DNA of 64,000 nt. It comes from Geosiphon pyriformis uo1 (lineage: Eukaryota > Fungi > Glomeromycota). Location: contig JAAOMT010000009.1 of NCBI GenBank assembly GCA_016748015.1, positions 142,459 to 206,458 on the forward strand. The letters run 5' to 3'. A program made the translations under genes and the position numbers. Positions 51,090 through 64,000 of this stretch are shown in pieces (positions within the stretch are counted from its first letter, which is position 1; every line of letters starts with the position of its first letter). The notes beneath the pieces were generated by a model. It was not told the DNA's origin and ran no database searches. It worked only from the letters and a program-made list of their open reading frames with translations.

Positions 51090-53276
51090 CCATTATCTCA
51101 ACAAAACCAGTAGCAACTACAACAACAACTAATAGCTTATACTCCAATTGCCAAAATTGAGAAATTTACTGGTAAAGAGAACAATGCCTAAGTATGGCTC
51201 AACAATATAGAAAAAGCCATTACAGTCAATAGATGAAACAACAACAAAGCCCTTCAAGCAATCCCATACTTTTTCCAAGATACTACTGATTCCTGGTATC
51301 AAAGTCTAACAGCCAGACCACAAACCTTCCAGAAATTTAAACTGGAGTTCTTGAGATATTTCAGTAATAATAATAGTATTAATCACTTGGCCAACACTTT
51401 CACTATTATCAAACAAGGGAAAACTAAAGCAGTCACTACTTACCTGGAATGATTTCATAGAAATCTGCAACAGATTCAAGCAATTGACACTAACTATTTT
51501 ACAGCACCACAAATTCTCAACCAGTTTATCCGTGGCCTGCAAAGTAGTATCTTGTAGCATGTACACATGTTGCATCCCAACACTCTTCAAGATGCAGTTA
51601 CATATGTCAAGGATTTTAAGTCAGCAGAGTTAGAGACCAATCATACTCAAGCCGTAAACCTAGTAATGAATGGATCATCTGAATTGGATTCCAAATTGAA
51701 ACAATTCAGTGATTTAATTAATCAGAAATTGGAAGGATACTTAGCTGACAATCGTGTAATTTATCAATCACTACAATGACGCAATAATTTAGGAAACATG
51801 AATTGTTTCCAAAATCAGATATGTCCATCATCATCTCCAAATTAGCCATGGCAACAAAAGATGCATGTCTGCCATAACTGTGGTAAACAAGGCCACATTA
51901 GAGCCAACTGCCAATTTTATAATAATAACCAACGATCGGAAAATCAATATCGAAACCCCAATTGCTGGTTCCCAACTCTGAGTTACCAATTCAATTCAGC
52001 CCCATATCAACTGACTTATTTGTCAATAATGCCACAGCCAATATATCAACCACTCATATATTAACTTCCAGTTTATCAACTACAGTTACCAATAATATAT
52101 CAACCACTACAGCCACAAATAATTTATCAGACACCCACAGTTCAAATACTGCTATTAAATTCAACTCAAATGACATCAGGAAACTCCAGATTGAGAGTCA
52201 TCCAAAACTGGAGATCAGCAATGGTTGTTCACCAACCAATCCTTAGTTCATCCAACCAGCTGTCAAGATCATAACAACAGAGTTCAGGAACTGAGTATAC
52301 TCAAAACCCAAGTTCCCAGAACTATTTAAGTCTTCTGGCTACCTCAAAAGATGCCTCACCCAATACTTGAGAACCCAAACAGAAGCAATTACTTATTAAT
52401 ATTCTGCCAGCCACTGTCACAGAAGATGAGTCTCTAGCAGTTATATTTCCTTTTGAAATCGAGAAACTGACAGAAACCCCTTTGTTTAGTAGAGCCACAC
52501 TTAAAGAAAAACCTATTATGGCAATGTACACAGATGCCAAAATTGATGGTCAGTCCATCAAACTGATCCTAAATAGTAGATTAGCAGACAGCATCATCAC
52601 AAGACAATTCATGGACCAATTAAGCTGCTGAGTTGATCAAGCTGCCAGTACAAGAATAATCACTGTTGATGAAGCCACCAAGACTCCAATTGGTGAGATA
52701 GATAACTTGTTCATAGAAATCAATGACATCACAGTACTAATTAAGGTATTAGTTATGGAAGCCACTCAATACCAAGCACTAGTGAGTAATGACTGGCTGT
52801 TTAAAATCAACGCAACACTCAATTAGAACACCCAAAAGCTTCAGCTTAGCCAGAACAGACAACACACACATGTATCAGCCATGTGTGGCCATTTCAAACC
52901 CATCACCATGCCATCAGCTCCACTTATCGAATTCGAAGAAGAAAAAGAAAAACCTATTTGGAAAGCATACCAAGTCTCTTGGGCTGACAAAAACTACAAC
53001 GAGCTACCACTGATACTTTCTTGGGACAACAAGGAATACTTTATGGCCACAAGATTCTACTGCCACCTATGTGTTATAGAGCACTTTAGACAACCAAAAC
53101 AACAAAAAAAGTGGGATAACCAATTATGTTTCACATGTAGAACTATCCTACCTGACAAAAGAATGTGGAATGACATTCCTGGGCATGAAGGAACATACAA
53201 TGAGACATGCCAGTACACCATACTGATAAATAATTGGGTAAGCAAAGGAACACCAATCAACAATGCCTGGAAACAA

Positions 53277-54355
53277 TGTTATGGGTAAACTTGGTAGGTA
53301 TGAGAAATAGTAATATTTGGTGCTCTCAATTATTAATGATGTGTTTTCTGCATAATTCTGTTGGCTTAGTCTTGATTATCAGTCTCTGAAGGTCTATTCC
53401 TGGATGTGAATTTACCCATTGAGTTCTTTGGTTATAAGGCACAGAGTTTGTTTTTTGTCGATTGCAACATTTTTTGTAAATGTGAGCTTTCTTCTTCGAG
53501 CTAACGAGTGCAGTTGTTAGAGTCTGGCATTGTCTTTTCGCCCTTCTGGTAAGCTAACAAGATAATGTTAATATCCAAAACTTAGGAAGAGCTTCCCTCT
53601 TTTACCAGGCTATCACAAAGTCTATTCCCAGACAGTCAATTTTACTATGTTGCTGCTCCACAAAAAATAAGACAGAAAAAGAAAGAAAAAGAAAAAGAAA
53701 AGAAAAGAGAGAAAAGATAAATTAGTATTATCAATTGCCATGATTAAGAGCAATTGGTCCAAATTGTTAATAGGTTCGAGGTGGTTATGCTAAAAGCATT
53801 TGTCCTAGAACAGAGGTACGAGACAAGGGTTAATTTACGTAAATTCCACAAAGTTCAAGAACATGAATTCGTGATTCTGATTTCTTTTAATAATTGGTTT
53901 TATTTTAGGAGCTGAAATAGGGAAGATAATAAAGAATGAAGGGGTATGGATATTTAATTCTTGTTTAGAGATTCATATCTATCTGTCTCTCTTTTCTTAC
54001 TTTTACAACTACTTGCTTTTATATATTCTTTTGGTTTTACAGGATTGCTTACAATTGTCTTGCTATTGCTAGCTATTGCTTTGTTGTTTCTGTTATTGCT
54101 TTGTTTTTCTATATTATTGCTAGTTATCTTATGTTATAATATGTTATCTGATGTTATTACATGTTATTCTGTGTTATCCTGCGTTATAACACATTATTCT
54201 ACATTATTGCGCACTATTCTGTATTATCCTGCATTATAACATGTTATCCTATGTTATAACGCATTATCCAATGTTATTGCACATTATTCTGTGTTATGTC
54301 ACATTTTGGTCATGTTTCTTTATAATTTTGGATCAGTTTTTCTATTTGGATAACA
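53277..54355 (-). repeat. 3' LTR of element C, with an internal tandem array of short imperfect TGTTAT-containing units (about 54110-54300)
   Basis: Direct repeat of 62317-63395. Confidence 0.92.
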
Positions 54356-54369
54356 TTATCTCTCTCTTT

Positions 54370-54684
54370 TTAAAATTGAGCTTCTACGAAACCATATGTA
54401 TTTGTTATCATGGCTTTATTTGTATAATGTTTGATTGTTGCCTTGAGTATTGCCTTTTGTAGGTCTTTGAACTGTTGATTGGTTATTCGTCCTATGTTGT
54501 TAACTATTATGGTTTTCATAGATCTATTCAGTAGTACGTTTGGGCAATGTTGAAAGGTGGCATATAGTCGATATGCTGCTTTGTAATATAGGATTAGATT
54601 GTTTTTCTCTATGAATTTTTCTACTTGTTGTATTGCTTTTTTGTTGAACATTTTCTGGCTAAGATCTTTGTATGATGTTTTCAA
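54370..54684 (-). pseudogene. ORF X of element C (unknown domain between integrase and PPT)
   Basis: Homologous by eye to the C-terminal domain of element B (49800-50093). Confidence 0.65.
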
Positions 54685-55123
54685 GTCAAGCTGTTCTCCA
54701 ATTTTGTAGAACCAATAAGCTAGAAGAAGTTTTTCTTTTCATTTTTGGGCATTGTTAGGTGTCCACTTCCCTGTTTCGGAGAGTTCAGTCTCACGAGCTA
54801 AAGCTTCTTTTCCACCTTCTGCCCAAAGGCAATTTTTCCTTCAACATTGTCTTTCGGGTAGTGGGTAGGAGAGGGAATGTTTAGTTCTAATTGAACTCTC
54901 ATTCTCCCCTCTCCTGCTCTTATCTTTGTACTGTATCTCTTTTTTTATCAATTGTTATTTCTATTTGAGATGTCAATTTTTGAATTGTTTTAAATAATTG
55001 TTTAGATAATTTTAAAATTTGATCTGAAAGGTCCATGTTGAAATTTCTATTGTTTCTTACTGCTTTTTGGATGCTATATATATTTGAATTCCCCAATTTA
55101 ATTTGCTGCCCGTTGTCTACGTT

Positions 55124-57911
55124 TCAATGACGATGATTGGTTCCAGATCTTGTGGTATATCTTTTGGTCTGATTAATGAAATTTGTGTTCCTAGTTGAGA
55201 TACTGATAATGATGATTCCTGTTTTACATGATAAATTTTTAATTGATTTCCATGCGCTACTTTCTTTAAAATCCTGTCTTCCAATCATAATTTGTAAGCT
55301 CCATTTCTTAACACTTTGTGTATATGGAATGGACCGTCCCACTTTGGGTCAAATTTTCCACTCCACTGTTTCTCAGCTTTTGTATGATATAGCAGTACTT
55401 GGTTTCCAATCTTGAATTTCATTGGTTGTTCTGATAGATGTTTATCATGTCTTTCTTTTTGTCGTTCTTGAGCATAACTAATATTATCAGCTGCTGTTCT
55501 TTGATTGTTTTCCAATGTTTCCATTAGCTGGTATGTTCTTTGGTGTAAAATAACTTCAAAATTCTCTTCATTGATTGTTTCTGTTGGGTATGACAGTATC
55601 ACTTGTTTAATCAGTAATGTAGCTTTTCTTCTATAGACTAGTTTGAATGGTGTGAACTGAGTCGTATTTTGTTTCAATGTTTGGTATGCAAAGAGTACAG
55701 AAAGTATAAATAAGTCCTATTTTTGTCTGTTTTCATAACTTATTTTTGCTAGTGCTTCGCACAGTGTTCTGTTAAATCATTCTACCAGTCTATTCATTTG
55801 TGGGTGGTATGGTGACAATAAGGGTCTCTTTATTCCAAACTGTTGGCTTAGTTCAGTCAGCATATTATTAACAAAGTGTGGTTCCTGATCAGATAATAAT
55901 TTTTTCGGACATCCATGTCAGCAAATTAGGTCTTGATGCACAAATTTGGCTACTGTTTTGGTATCGGCCACTTGAATTGCTCTGGCTTCTGGCCATTTTG
56001 TAAGATAGTCTATGGCTATAGCAATATAGTGATTTCTTTGGGATGTAATTGAAAGAGGTCCAACCAAATCGATCCCGATTCTATCAAATGGATTTCTAAC
56101 TGGAATGGATTGAAGTGGTTTTGTTGATCTTGCTTCTCCTCTTTGCTGGTATGTGTCACAATTGAGCATGTATTCGAAAATGTTTTGTATATTGTTGGCC
56201 AATAGTATAAGTTTAGTGTTCTTTCAAGGGTGGCATCTTTGTTAAAGTGTCCTGTAGTCAGATCTGAGTGCACGCTATATAGTATAGTTTCTCTTTCACT
56301 GTCCTTAATTAGTCATTATGAGTTGGGGTGGTTTTGGCATTCTTGTCAATATAGTTGGTTGTCTTAAATAAAATAATTTTGGGCTTGTTTTCATATAGTA
56401 CTCTGTTTCTGTTGAGATAATATCTCCTTGAAACATAGTGTCAATAGGTACTGATATGGTTGTTAATAGGTGAGTGTGTCCATGGGTCTGGGATTAGGTT
56501 TGTGGTATCCTCAACAAACTGTTGGCATTGATGTTCTTGGATCTTTTCTTGTAATGAACTTTAAGTAAGAATTGTTGCAGATAAGTACTCCATCTTGCAT
56601 ATTTTCCTTTTAGTTGTGAATAGTTGAGTAACCAAATAAGTCCTTTGTGGTCAGTATATAGATTAAATGGTTGACTGAGGTAATGTTTCCAAGTCTGTAT
56701 GGTCCAATAAATGGTGAAACATTCCAGATCTGTTGTGCTGTAATTTTTTTCTGCTGGACTAGTGCTGTGATTAGTGTAGGCAACTGGGTGTTCTTTATTG
56801 TATGGTCCTATCTGTGATAAAACTGCTCCTAGAGCATTTTTTGAGGCATTCGTAGCAACAATGAACTGTTTAGTGAAATCTGGGTAAATTAGGATTGGGG
56901 ATGTGATTAATTGCTGTTTAAGATAGTCAAATGCTTTCTGTTGATCTTTTTTCCACAAGTATGGTACATATTTGAACAACAATTAATGGAGTGGTTTTAC
57001 AATGTTCGAGAAACTTTTGACAAATCAACAATAATATCTTGACAATCCTAAAAATCTTTGTAATTTTCTGAGGTTGATTGGGGCTGGAAAATTCTTGACT
57101 TTTTGTACTTTATCTGGATTAGGTTTAACTCTGTCCTTGCTGATTATATGTCTTAGGAATTTTAACTTGGTTTTTCCAAAGAAGCACTACGAAAGTGTTC
57201 AAAGACTTGTTGCAGGTGGAGCAAATGGTCATCGAATGTTTCAAAGAACACAGTTGTGTTGTCTAAGTAGACTACTACTGATTTCCAAAGGATTCTTTTG
57301 TATACTACATTCATCAAGCATTGAAATGTGGCAGGAGCATTACAAAGTCCAAAAGGCATTACATTAAATTCAAAGTTTCCATCTCGAGTGGTAAACGCTG
57401 TTTTTCTTTTGTTTTTGGGGTCTATTTCAACTTGCCAGTAACCACTTGCTAAATCTAATGACGAAAACCATTTTTTTTTTCCTAGATTGTCCAGAATTTC
57501 CTGGATGAGGGGAGTAGGATAACTATCTCCTCATGTGATACTATTTAGTTTTCGATAATCTACGCAGAATTGCACTTTTCTGTTTTTCTTAATGACTAAG
57601 ACTACTGGAAAGGACCAAGGGCTTAACAATTCTTTGATAAGGCCATTATCAAGCATCCATTGCACTTCTTGTTTAATTAGATTATTACCAGATGGGGGTA
57701 CGCAGTAAGCTCATTGCTTAATCAATTGAGCATCTTCCATATCAATCTGATGCTTCACAATGTCAGTGCGTCCGAACTCATTTTTGCTGACAAAGACATT
57801 GACATACTGATTCAGAAGGACTTTGAATTGCATTTGTTGCAGGGTACTTAAATTTCCTAAATTCAATTTATTGATCTTTTTTGGTGTGAACAAATAACTT
57901 TCTTTTGGCAA
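55124..57911 (-). pseudogene. RT, RNase H and integrase of element C
   Basis: MPFGLCNAPATFQ and YLDN (from YLDD); TNASKNALGAVL, YTDHKGL; HSDLTTGHF, IGIDLVGPL, IDYLTKWPEA, WDGPF. Confidence 0.93.
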
Positions 57912-58289
57912 ATTTCATACTTGTAAGGTAATATCACAGAATAAGAATAATTGTGCGAAATCTGAAATGGACTGGGGTTTTTCAGGATTCTGAATATCTG
58001 TGGATATGGAACCAATGAGGGTCTCTTCGGGGATTTCAATGACATTTTCTGTTGGGTTGTGGATGGGAATTTTGAAGTGTTTATGGGCTTTGGCCAGTAG
58101 GTATAGATTAGCAACATCGGCTAGGGAACAGATTTCAGGACTGGTTTTAAATAACAGGGCTTGATTTTGGGTCTTTCAATTCACCTTGAAGATGTATTGT
58201 CGGTATGGGAGAATGGAGATGACAGTATTGGTGTTGATAAATTCTACCTGGTCACTGTTTTCCTCTGTGAAATTAACTGGTACGTTTCC

Positions 58290-58680
58290 TCTTCCACTTG
58301 ATCCAAACCCATTAATTCCTCGGGCAGTGAGGCCTAACTCTTTTTGGGTTGTTATTGGGGTTAATTGAGGTATTTTGACTAGGAGTAGAAAGATAGCTTG
58401 GGCAATCTTTTCTTGTGATTCTATTTTGTAGAGTCTGTCTGAATTGTTCTGTAACATTACAATGATGTTTCCCATATAACCAGTATTAATGATTTTTTCT
58501 TTTACGTCAATTTTTTTCTTGGCTAGACTAGATCGAGAGGCAACTTGTACCATTGTACTAACAGGAATTTCTAATATTATCTTAAAATCTATTTTTACGA
58601 GGGAATGTGGGGCTATAATGATGGGTGATTGTTTGGAGTATTGTAGGTTGAAACCGGCATTGGTGTCATGCACTCTTTCA
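58290..58680 (-). pseudogene. dUTPase domain of element C, between protease and RT
   Basis: NAGFNL (motif 1 decayed), ASRSSLA, IINTGYMG, IAQAI, RGINGFGSSG. Confidence 0.9.
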
Positions 58681-59699
58681 GAGCAGATTTTTTTCTCGTT
58701 GTCACTGTATCATTTTAGCTTTAGTTCTTTGGATAGGTTGGGATACACGAGATACTGTTCTGTTTCAGTATCCTCAGTTGGATTTTGAAACAACATGTTT
58801 TCGGTGATCAATACCTCTTCTTCGGGCTCAGGTAATTTGGTGATTGGAAACAGTATTCTTGGAGGTGGATTGAACATGAGATCATATTTGTTGCAGTACT
58901 AAAAGTAACAGGGAATCAAACAGTAATTGCACAGTTTGGTATTCAAATTGGCCAACCTTTGCTCCTGTTCTTTGCGGGTTGGGGCCAATTCCTGATATTA
59001 GTTCTGAAATGTGTCTGGGTCATTTATAAAGAAATCATTCTTGGGTAGTCAGGTCCATTATATTCAGGCATTCAAGGGTTGTCCTTGATTTCTCGTATTT
59101 CTTCGGGCATGGTACCTTCAGCTTTGGCACTTGTCATTCTCCAGATTTTGTGGTTATTGTGTGGATAACCATCCAGTCTGTTGAGTGCTCATTTTCAAGT
59201 GTCCTTGATGAGGATTCCCTTTCATACCCAATTATTGATTAATATGGTGTATTGACAAGCCTCGTTGCATGTTCCTCCTCTGCCAGACATATCATTCCAG
59301 AGTCCTTTATCTGGCAAGATTTTACCATATACAAGGCACAACATATTGTCCCACTTGCCTTGTCATTTTAGTCATCCAAATCTTTTCAGTAAACAAAGTC
59401 TGCAATAGTATTTGGTGGCAGTGGGCCATTCTTCATTGTCCCTGATACATGCGCCCATAGTGGATAGTTTTTTTCCACAATCAACACCTATTAGTCTTGG
59501 GAGTTGGTAAAATAAGTTTCTTTGGTCCGAAGTTATGTATTCTAGTGATGACAATTGGAATTCTTCTTTGGCTCTGCTTTTTTTTTTTCTTCTCAAATTG
59601 GTGGTGGGGGTAGTTCAGTTTGATAATTATTCACCTATAAAACCTAATAGGTCTCGATGGTTGGTGGCATTGATGTGTCTTCGAATTCAATAAGGGGTT

Positions 59700-62254
59700 C
59701 TTTGGTATGTTGGGTTTTAAAGTGTCTACACATAACTGGGACTTGGGCATGCTGTCCATTGAACGTAAATTGAAGTTCTTGGGTGTTCCAGTTGAGAGTA
59801 GCGTTGGCTTTTGACAACCAATTGTTTTCTACTAGAGCTTGATATTAAGTAGCTTCCATGACAAGTACTTTGGTAGGAATTTGGATTCCATTAATTTCGA
59901 AAGGAAAGTTGTCAATTTCTCCTATCGGAGTTTTTATGTTTCTATTCGCTGTAATGATCCGAGCAGTAGTGGCATGGTCTATTCAGCAACCTAGTTGGTC
60001 CATGAACTGCTTCGTGAATATGCTACTGGCTGATCCGCTATCCAGGATTAATTTAATGTCTATTCCTCCGACTCTGGCATCAGTGTATAGGTTCATTATT
60101 GGTTTATACTGATTGATAGCTGCTCCATTAAAAAGGCTATGGGTGTTTAAATTATCAATGTCAAAAGGAAATATGGCGGCTAGGGTGGTGTCTTTAGTAA
60201 TAGTGGCTGGTGGGATATTGCTTTTTGTTTGCTTGGAAGGTTGAGAGATTCGTTCTATATTCCCCCCTTCTACAGGTGTAGATTTATCAAAACCCTGGTC
60301 TTCTATAAGACCGAGATAGGAAGCTTGATTCAGGTATCCAGTTGGTGTTGGTCGAGATTGGGCAGGACCGCGAGGGATTAGTTGAAATGGTCTACTGTTG
60401 GTTTGCACCTGATTGTTGTTGAAATTTCTCCATCCCTGATTATAGTCTATAGCTCAAGGTCTAGATGGGCTGTAAGAGGAAGTTTGATAGTGAAGGATTG
60501 TTTGTGTCATTGGTGATGGTTGATAATAATTCTGGAGTGGTGGTTGAGTGTACAGGACTTGTTGTGCATATAGGGGTGGTTGATTCTGAGGTATAAAATA
60601 TTGGGGTACCATGTTTTGCTGATATTTGGGTTGCTGGTATAAGTTTCCTTGATTTTGGTTCATATTCTTCTTTCTGTAGTCACGGGCGATGTGTCCAGGT
60701 TTCTGGCAGTAGTAACAGTTGCGGAAATCAGATCTCCAAGATTGTTGCTGTTGCTGACAGTTCTGTTGCTGTGGGTATCTGCTGTTGTTGTTATTTTCTC
60801 TCTGTTGGGGTGGTTAGTAAGTTCCTGTAGTTCTAGCTAAGAATCTTTCAATTTTCTGAATTAGTTTCTTACTCAATTGGGTTATCTTTGCATCGATGTC
60901 AGAGGTTCCATTAATGGCTAAATTAATGGCTTGGGTATGGTTTGCTTTTTGTTTTGCAGACTCAAAATCACGAGCGAGAGCAACAGCGTCTTGTAAACTG
61001 GTCGGATGGCAATGTCTTATGGATCTTAGAATACTACTCTGCAATCTTTTAATGAATTGATTAAGAACTTGCACCATGGTGCAGTAGTCTCTTTCAATAG
61101 CTAATATTTGACGCAGGATTTGATAGAATCATCCAAGATAAGTAGTTACTGCTTTATGATCTTTTTGTTTAATTATGCTGAATTGATTTTACAATCGGAT
61201 TAATGTATTGGGGTCACAAAAGTATTGCAGAAATGTGAGTTTAAACTTGGTAAAGGAGGTAGGCTTCTCTGCCAGACTCTGGTACCACGAATTGGCAGTT
61301 CTGGTCAGAAAGAATGGCAGTGCCTGAATTGTGCGGTTGTCATTCCAACCATTAGCAGTAATTGTTTTTTTGGCATCCGCAATCCAAGAATATGCATTAT
61401 CTTCTTCACCAGAGAATTTTTCCAATTTAGCGATATCCCAGTAAGCCATAATTTGGTTAATAGGTGGGATGTTACTGATTATGTTTAAAGGGATTGGTGT
61501 TTGCATATTCAAGTGTTCTCCAGGTGCTAATGCTGGTTGCTTTTCTTTGTTACTTGAACCAATAGGTTGTAAGATAGCTGTTTCTTCCGTCAGGGGAGAT
61601 GCTGATTCTGCTAGGTTTTGTGCTGGTGGCTGTTCCCAAGTTGATGGGTTTCCTTCTGTTTGACTGGCTGCTGGAGTAAAGATTTCCAAACAGCAATCCG
61701 TATTTTCCTAGTGATTTGGTCCAACTGTATTGATTCTAAAAATATGGATTTTCAGGAGTTCATGGTGTTTCCGACTGGGTTTCTGGGGGTGAGTTGAATA
61801 CAATTCTACTTTGGAGTGTCTAATGGTATGATGGAGTTGTTGGGGAGAGGATTTTTGGTTTCTTGTTGACCAGGGACTTGGCTTGGACAGTTACAGAGTT
61901 GTTGGATTCATTTTCGTATTCCTTAGAGTCGGATTCCATTGGTTGTTGTACTTAAGAGAATTGTTGTGCCATGTAATATTTAATGTCTGTATCAATTATG
62001 CGCAGAGTTTCAGCAATTGCTCAGGTAGTCATGGCTGTTGAGTACTCTAGTAAGCTTTAATGGATTTGTTCTCCAAGTTTTCTTGTATCAGTTGTGCGGC
62101 CTAACAAGCAGTTAATTTTTGCATTGATATAATTACAAAAATTACTTTCTGCATAAGCAGTTTCTGCTAGTATTCCTAAGTTTTTTCGAAAGTATTGAAA
62201 TAGTGCTTTTTTGTACAAGAAGTGGTCCTTTCTTATTGTTCCAATAGTTTCCAT
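59700..62254 (-). pseudogene. gag and protease of element C
   Basis: Capsid-like KLEKFSGEEDNAYSWI, Zn knuckle CYYCQKPGH near 60700, protease LILDSGSA. Confidence 0.85.
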
Positions 62255-62316
62255 TTTTATGTATTTTTGGGGGTGCTCTGTCTCTGTGGATTTATAATCT
62301 TACAAGAAGCACCAAA

Positions 62317-63395
62317 TGTTACGAATAAACTTGGTAGGTATGGGAAATAGTAATGTTTAGTGCTCTCAATTATTGATGATACATCTTCCATGTAATTTTG
62401 TTGGCTTAGTCTTGATTATCAGTCTCTGAAAGTCTATTCCTGGATGTGAATTTATCCATTGAGTTTTTTGGTTATAAGGCACAGAGTTTGTCTTTTGTCA
62501 ATTGCAACATTTTTTGTAAATGTGAACTTTCTTTTCCAAGCTAACAAGCGCAGTTGTTAGGGTCTGGTGTTGTCTTTTCACCCTTCTGGTAAGCTAACAA
62601 GATAATGTTAATATTCAAAACTTAGGGGGAGCTTCCCTCTTTTACCAGGCTATTACAAAGTTTATTCCCAGACAGTCGATTTTATTATATTGCTGCTCCA
62701 CAAAAAATAAGACAGAAAAAGAAAGAAAAAGAAAAAGAAAAGAAAAGAGAGAAAAGATAAATTAGTATCATCAATTGCCGTAATCAAGAGCGATTAGTCC
62801 AAATTGTTAATAGGTTTAAGGCGGTTATGCTAAGAGCATCTGTCCTAGAATGGAGGTACGAGACAAGGGTTAATTAACGTAAATTCCACGAAGTTTGAGA
62901 ACATGAATTCGTGATTCTGATTTTTTTTAATAATTGGTTTTATTTCAGGAGCTAAAATAGGGAAGATAATAAAAGATGAAGGGGTATGGATATTTAATTC
63001 TTGTCTAGAGGTTTGTATCTATCTGTTTCCCTTTTCTCACTTCTACAACTACTTGCTTTTATACATTCTTTTGGTTTTACAGGATTGCTTTCAATTGTCT
63101 CACTATTGCTAGCTATTGCTTTGTTGTTTCTGTTATTACTTCGTTTTTCTACATTATTGCTAGTTATCCTATGTTATAATACGTTATCTGATATTATTAC
63201 ATGTTATTTTGTGTTATCTTGCATTATAACATGTTATCCTATGTTATTGCACACTATTCTGTGTTATCCTGCATTATAACACATTATCCTATATTATAAT
63301 GTGTTATTCAACATTATTGCACATTATTCTGTGTTATGTTACGTTTTGGTCACATTTCTTCATAACTTTGGATTAATTTTTCTACTCAGGTAACA
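62317..63395 (-). repeat. 5' LTR of element C
   Basis: Direct repeat of 53277-54355, adjacent to the PBS. Confidence 0.92.
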
Positions 63396-64000
63396 ACGAG
63401 CATTGTGATGATTAGAAGAATATCCCCATGATGAAAATGAATTATGGAGAATGGTGTATGTGAAAGCAGAAGGTGCGACCACCAGTAAACTATTAAAGAT
63501 TAAAAACAACCTTCTATCTCTTCCTGAACCCGAATATGTCCAAACTTTTGACATCTTTAGCAACATTAAAGACAACCTAGAATAATTTTATGAACATTAC
63601 CAGCATTTGGCACCTACTAAGAAAGAACAGGAACAGTGTTTAGAGCAGTTAAACACTTGATTATGTCAATATTGCTTAATTCCCTGTGATTTTCAGTATT
63701 GTAATGAGTGTGACTTTATTTACAATCTACCACCATGCATAATCTACACAATCCCAGAAGAAGATAAACCAATAAGCAACTGTGCATCAGAATTGGAGTC
63801 AACTTTCAATCCTGATCAAACTCCAACAATGACAATAACAAAAACAACAGTTCCAGTTCTGCTCTGAATAGCAATGAAATTTACAATGATTCAAACTTCA
63901 ATTCAAACCCCGAAACATTTATCACACTTTCTGATCTCACTAAGAAACAGGAACTTAAATGGTTCAGCAATAATGGCAAAGGTATCATGCCAAAGCATGT

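Larger units (their letters stand above)
53277..63395 (-). mobile_element. Full-length Ty3/Gypsy element C, 10,119 bp, decayed: gag-PR-Cys-rich-dUTPase-RT-RH-IN-ORF X
   Basis: LTRs of 1079 bp at 62317-63395 and 53277-54355; PBS TGGTGCTTC next to 62316; PPT 54356-54371; flanks ACAA/ACGA; domain order PR-RT-RH-IN. Confidence 0.93.
42933..64000 (+). mobile_element. LTR retrotransposon A (host of B and C): segments 42933-44694, 51090-53276 and 63396 to beyond 64000
   Basis: 5' LTR about 42933-43700, PBS TGGTGCTC at 43703, gag continuing across the B insertion, Zn knuckle CHNCGKQGHIRANC, degenerate protease, Cys-rich region continuing across the C insertion, and the start of a dUTPase-proximal segment (ELKWFSNNGKGIMP) at the window end. 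The left boundary is approximate. Confidence 0.8.

Noticed and set aside
53961-54462. Hydrophobic ORFs in the LTRs of element C (also 63001-63279) as a possible env or membrane protein
   Set aside because: They are antisense to the element, derive from T-rich LTR tandem repeats, and the main one starts at TTG; most likely compositional artefacts.

Overview
AT-rich, intron-containing eukaryotic DNA, most likely from a Glomeromycotina fungus. The dUTPase-bearing Gypsy families resemble ones I recall from Geosiphon pyriformis, but this is inference and was not checked. There are five credible host genes: two paralogous intronless secreted Gly/Asn-repeat precursors with Kex2-type dibasic sites (2351-3418 and 12025-12759), a 3-exon Kelch-repeat type I membrane protein (23006-24533), a 13-exon pyruvate carboxylase (30265-34978, minus) and a 2-exon SpoU/TrmH-fold protein with degenerate catalytic motifs (35332-37571, minus). 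The rest is transposon debris: an internally deleted MULE, a decayed Fanzor2/TnpB-like gene, Tc1 and pogo remnants, and a nest of Ty3/Gypsy-type LTR elements from 37.7 kb to the window end. The best candidate for a new system is the pair of secreted precursors. They share a strict 13-residue G-[NS]-[FY]-N-G-N-x-N-G-N-x-N-x repeat, followed by aromatic (WG)n/YP and His-Gly blocks, and are predicted to be cut into 67-74 aa modular peptides. Second is the LTR lineage carrying dUTPase, Cys-rich inserts and an unknown conserved 3' domain, including a two-LTR element with no RT, RNase H or integrase.
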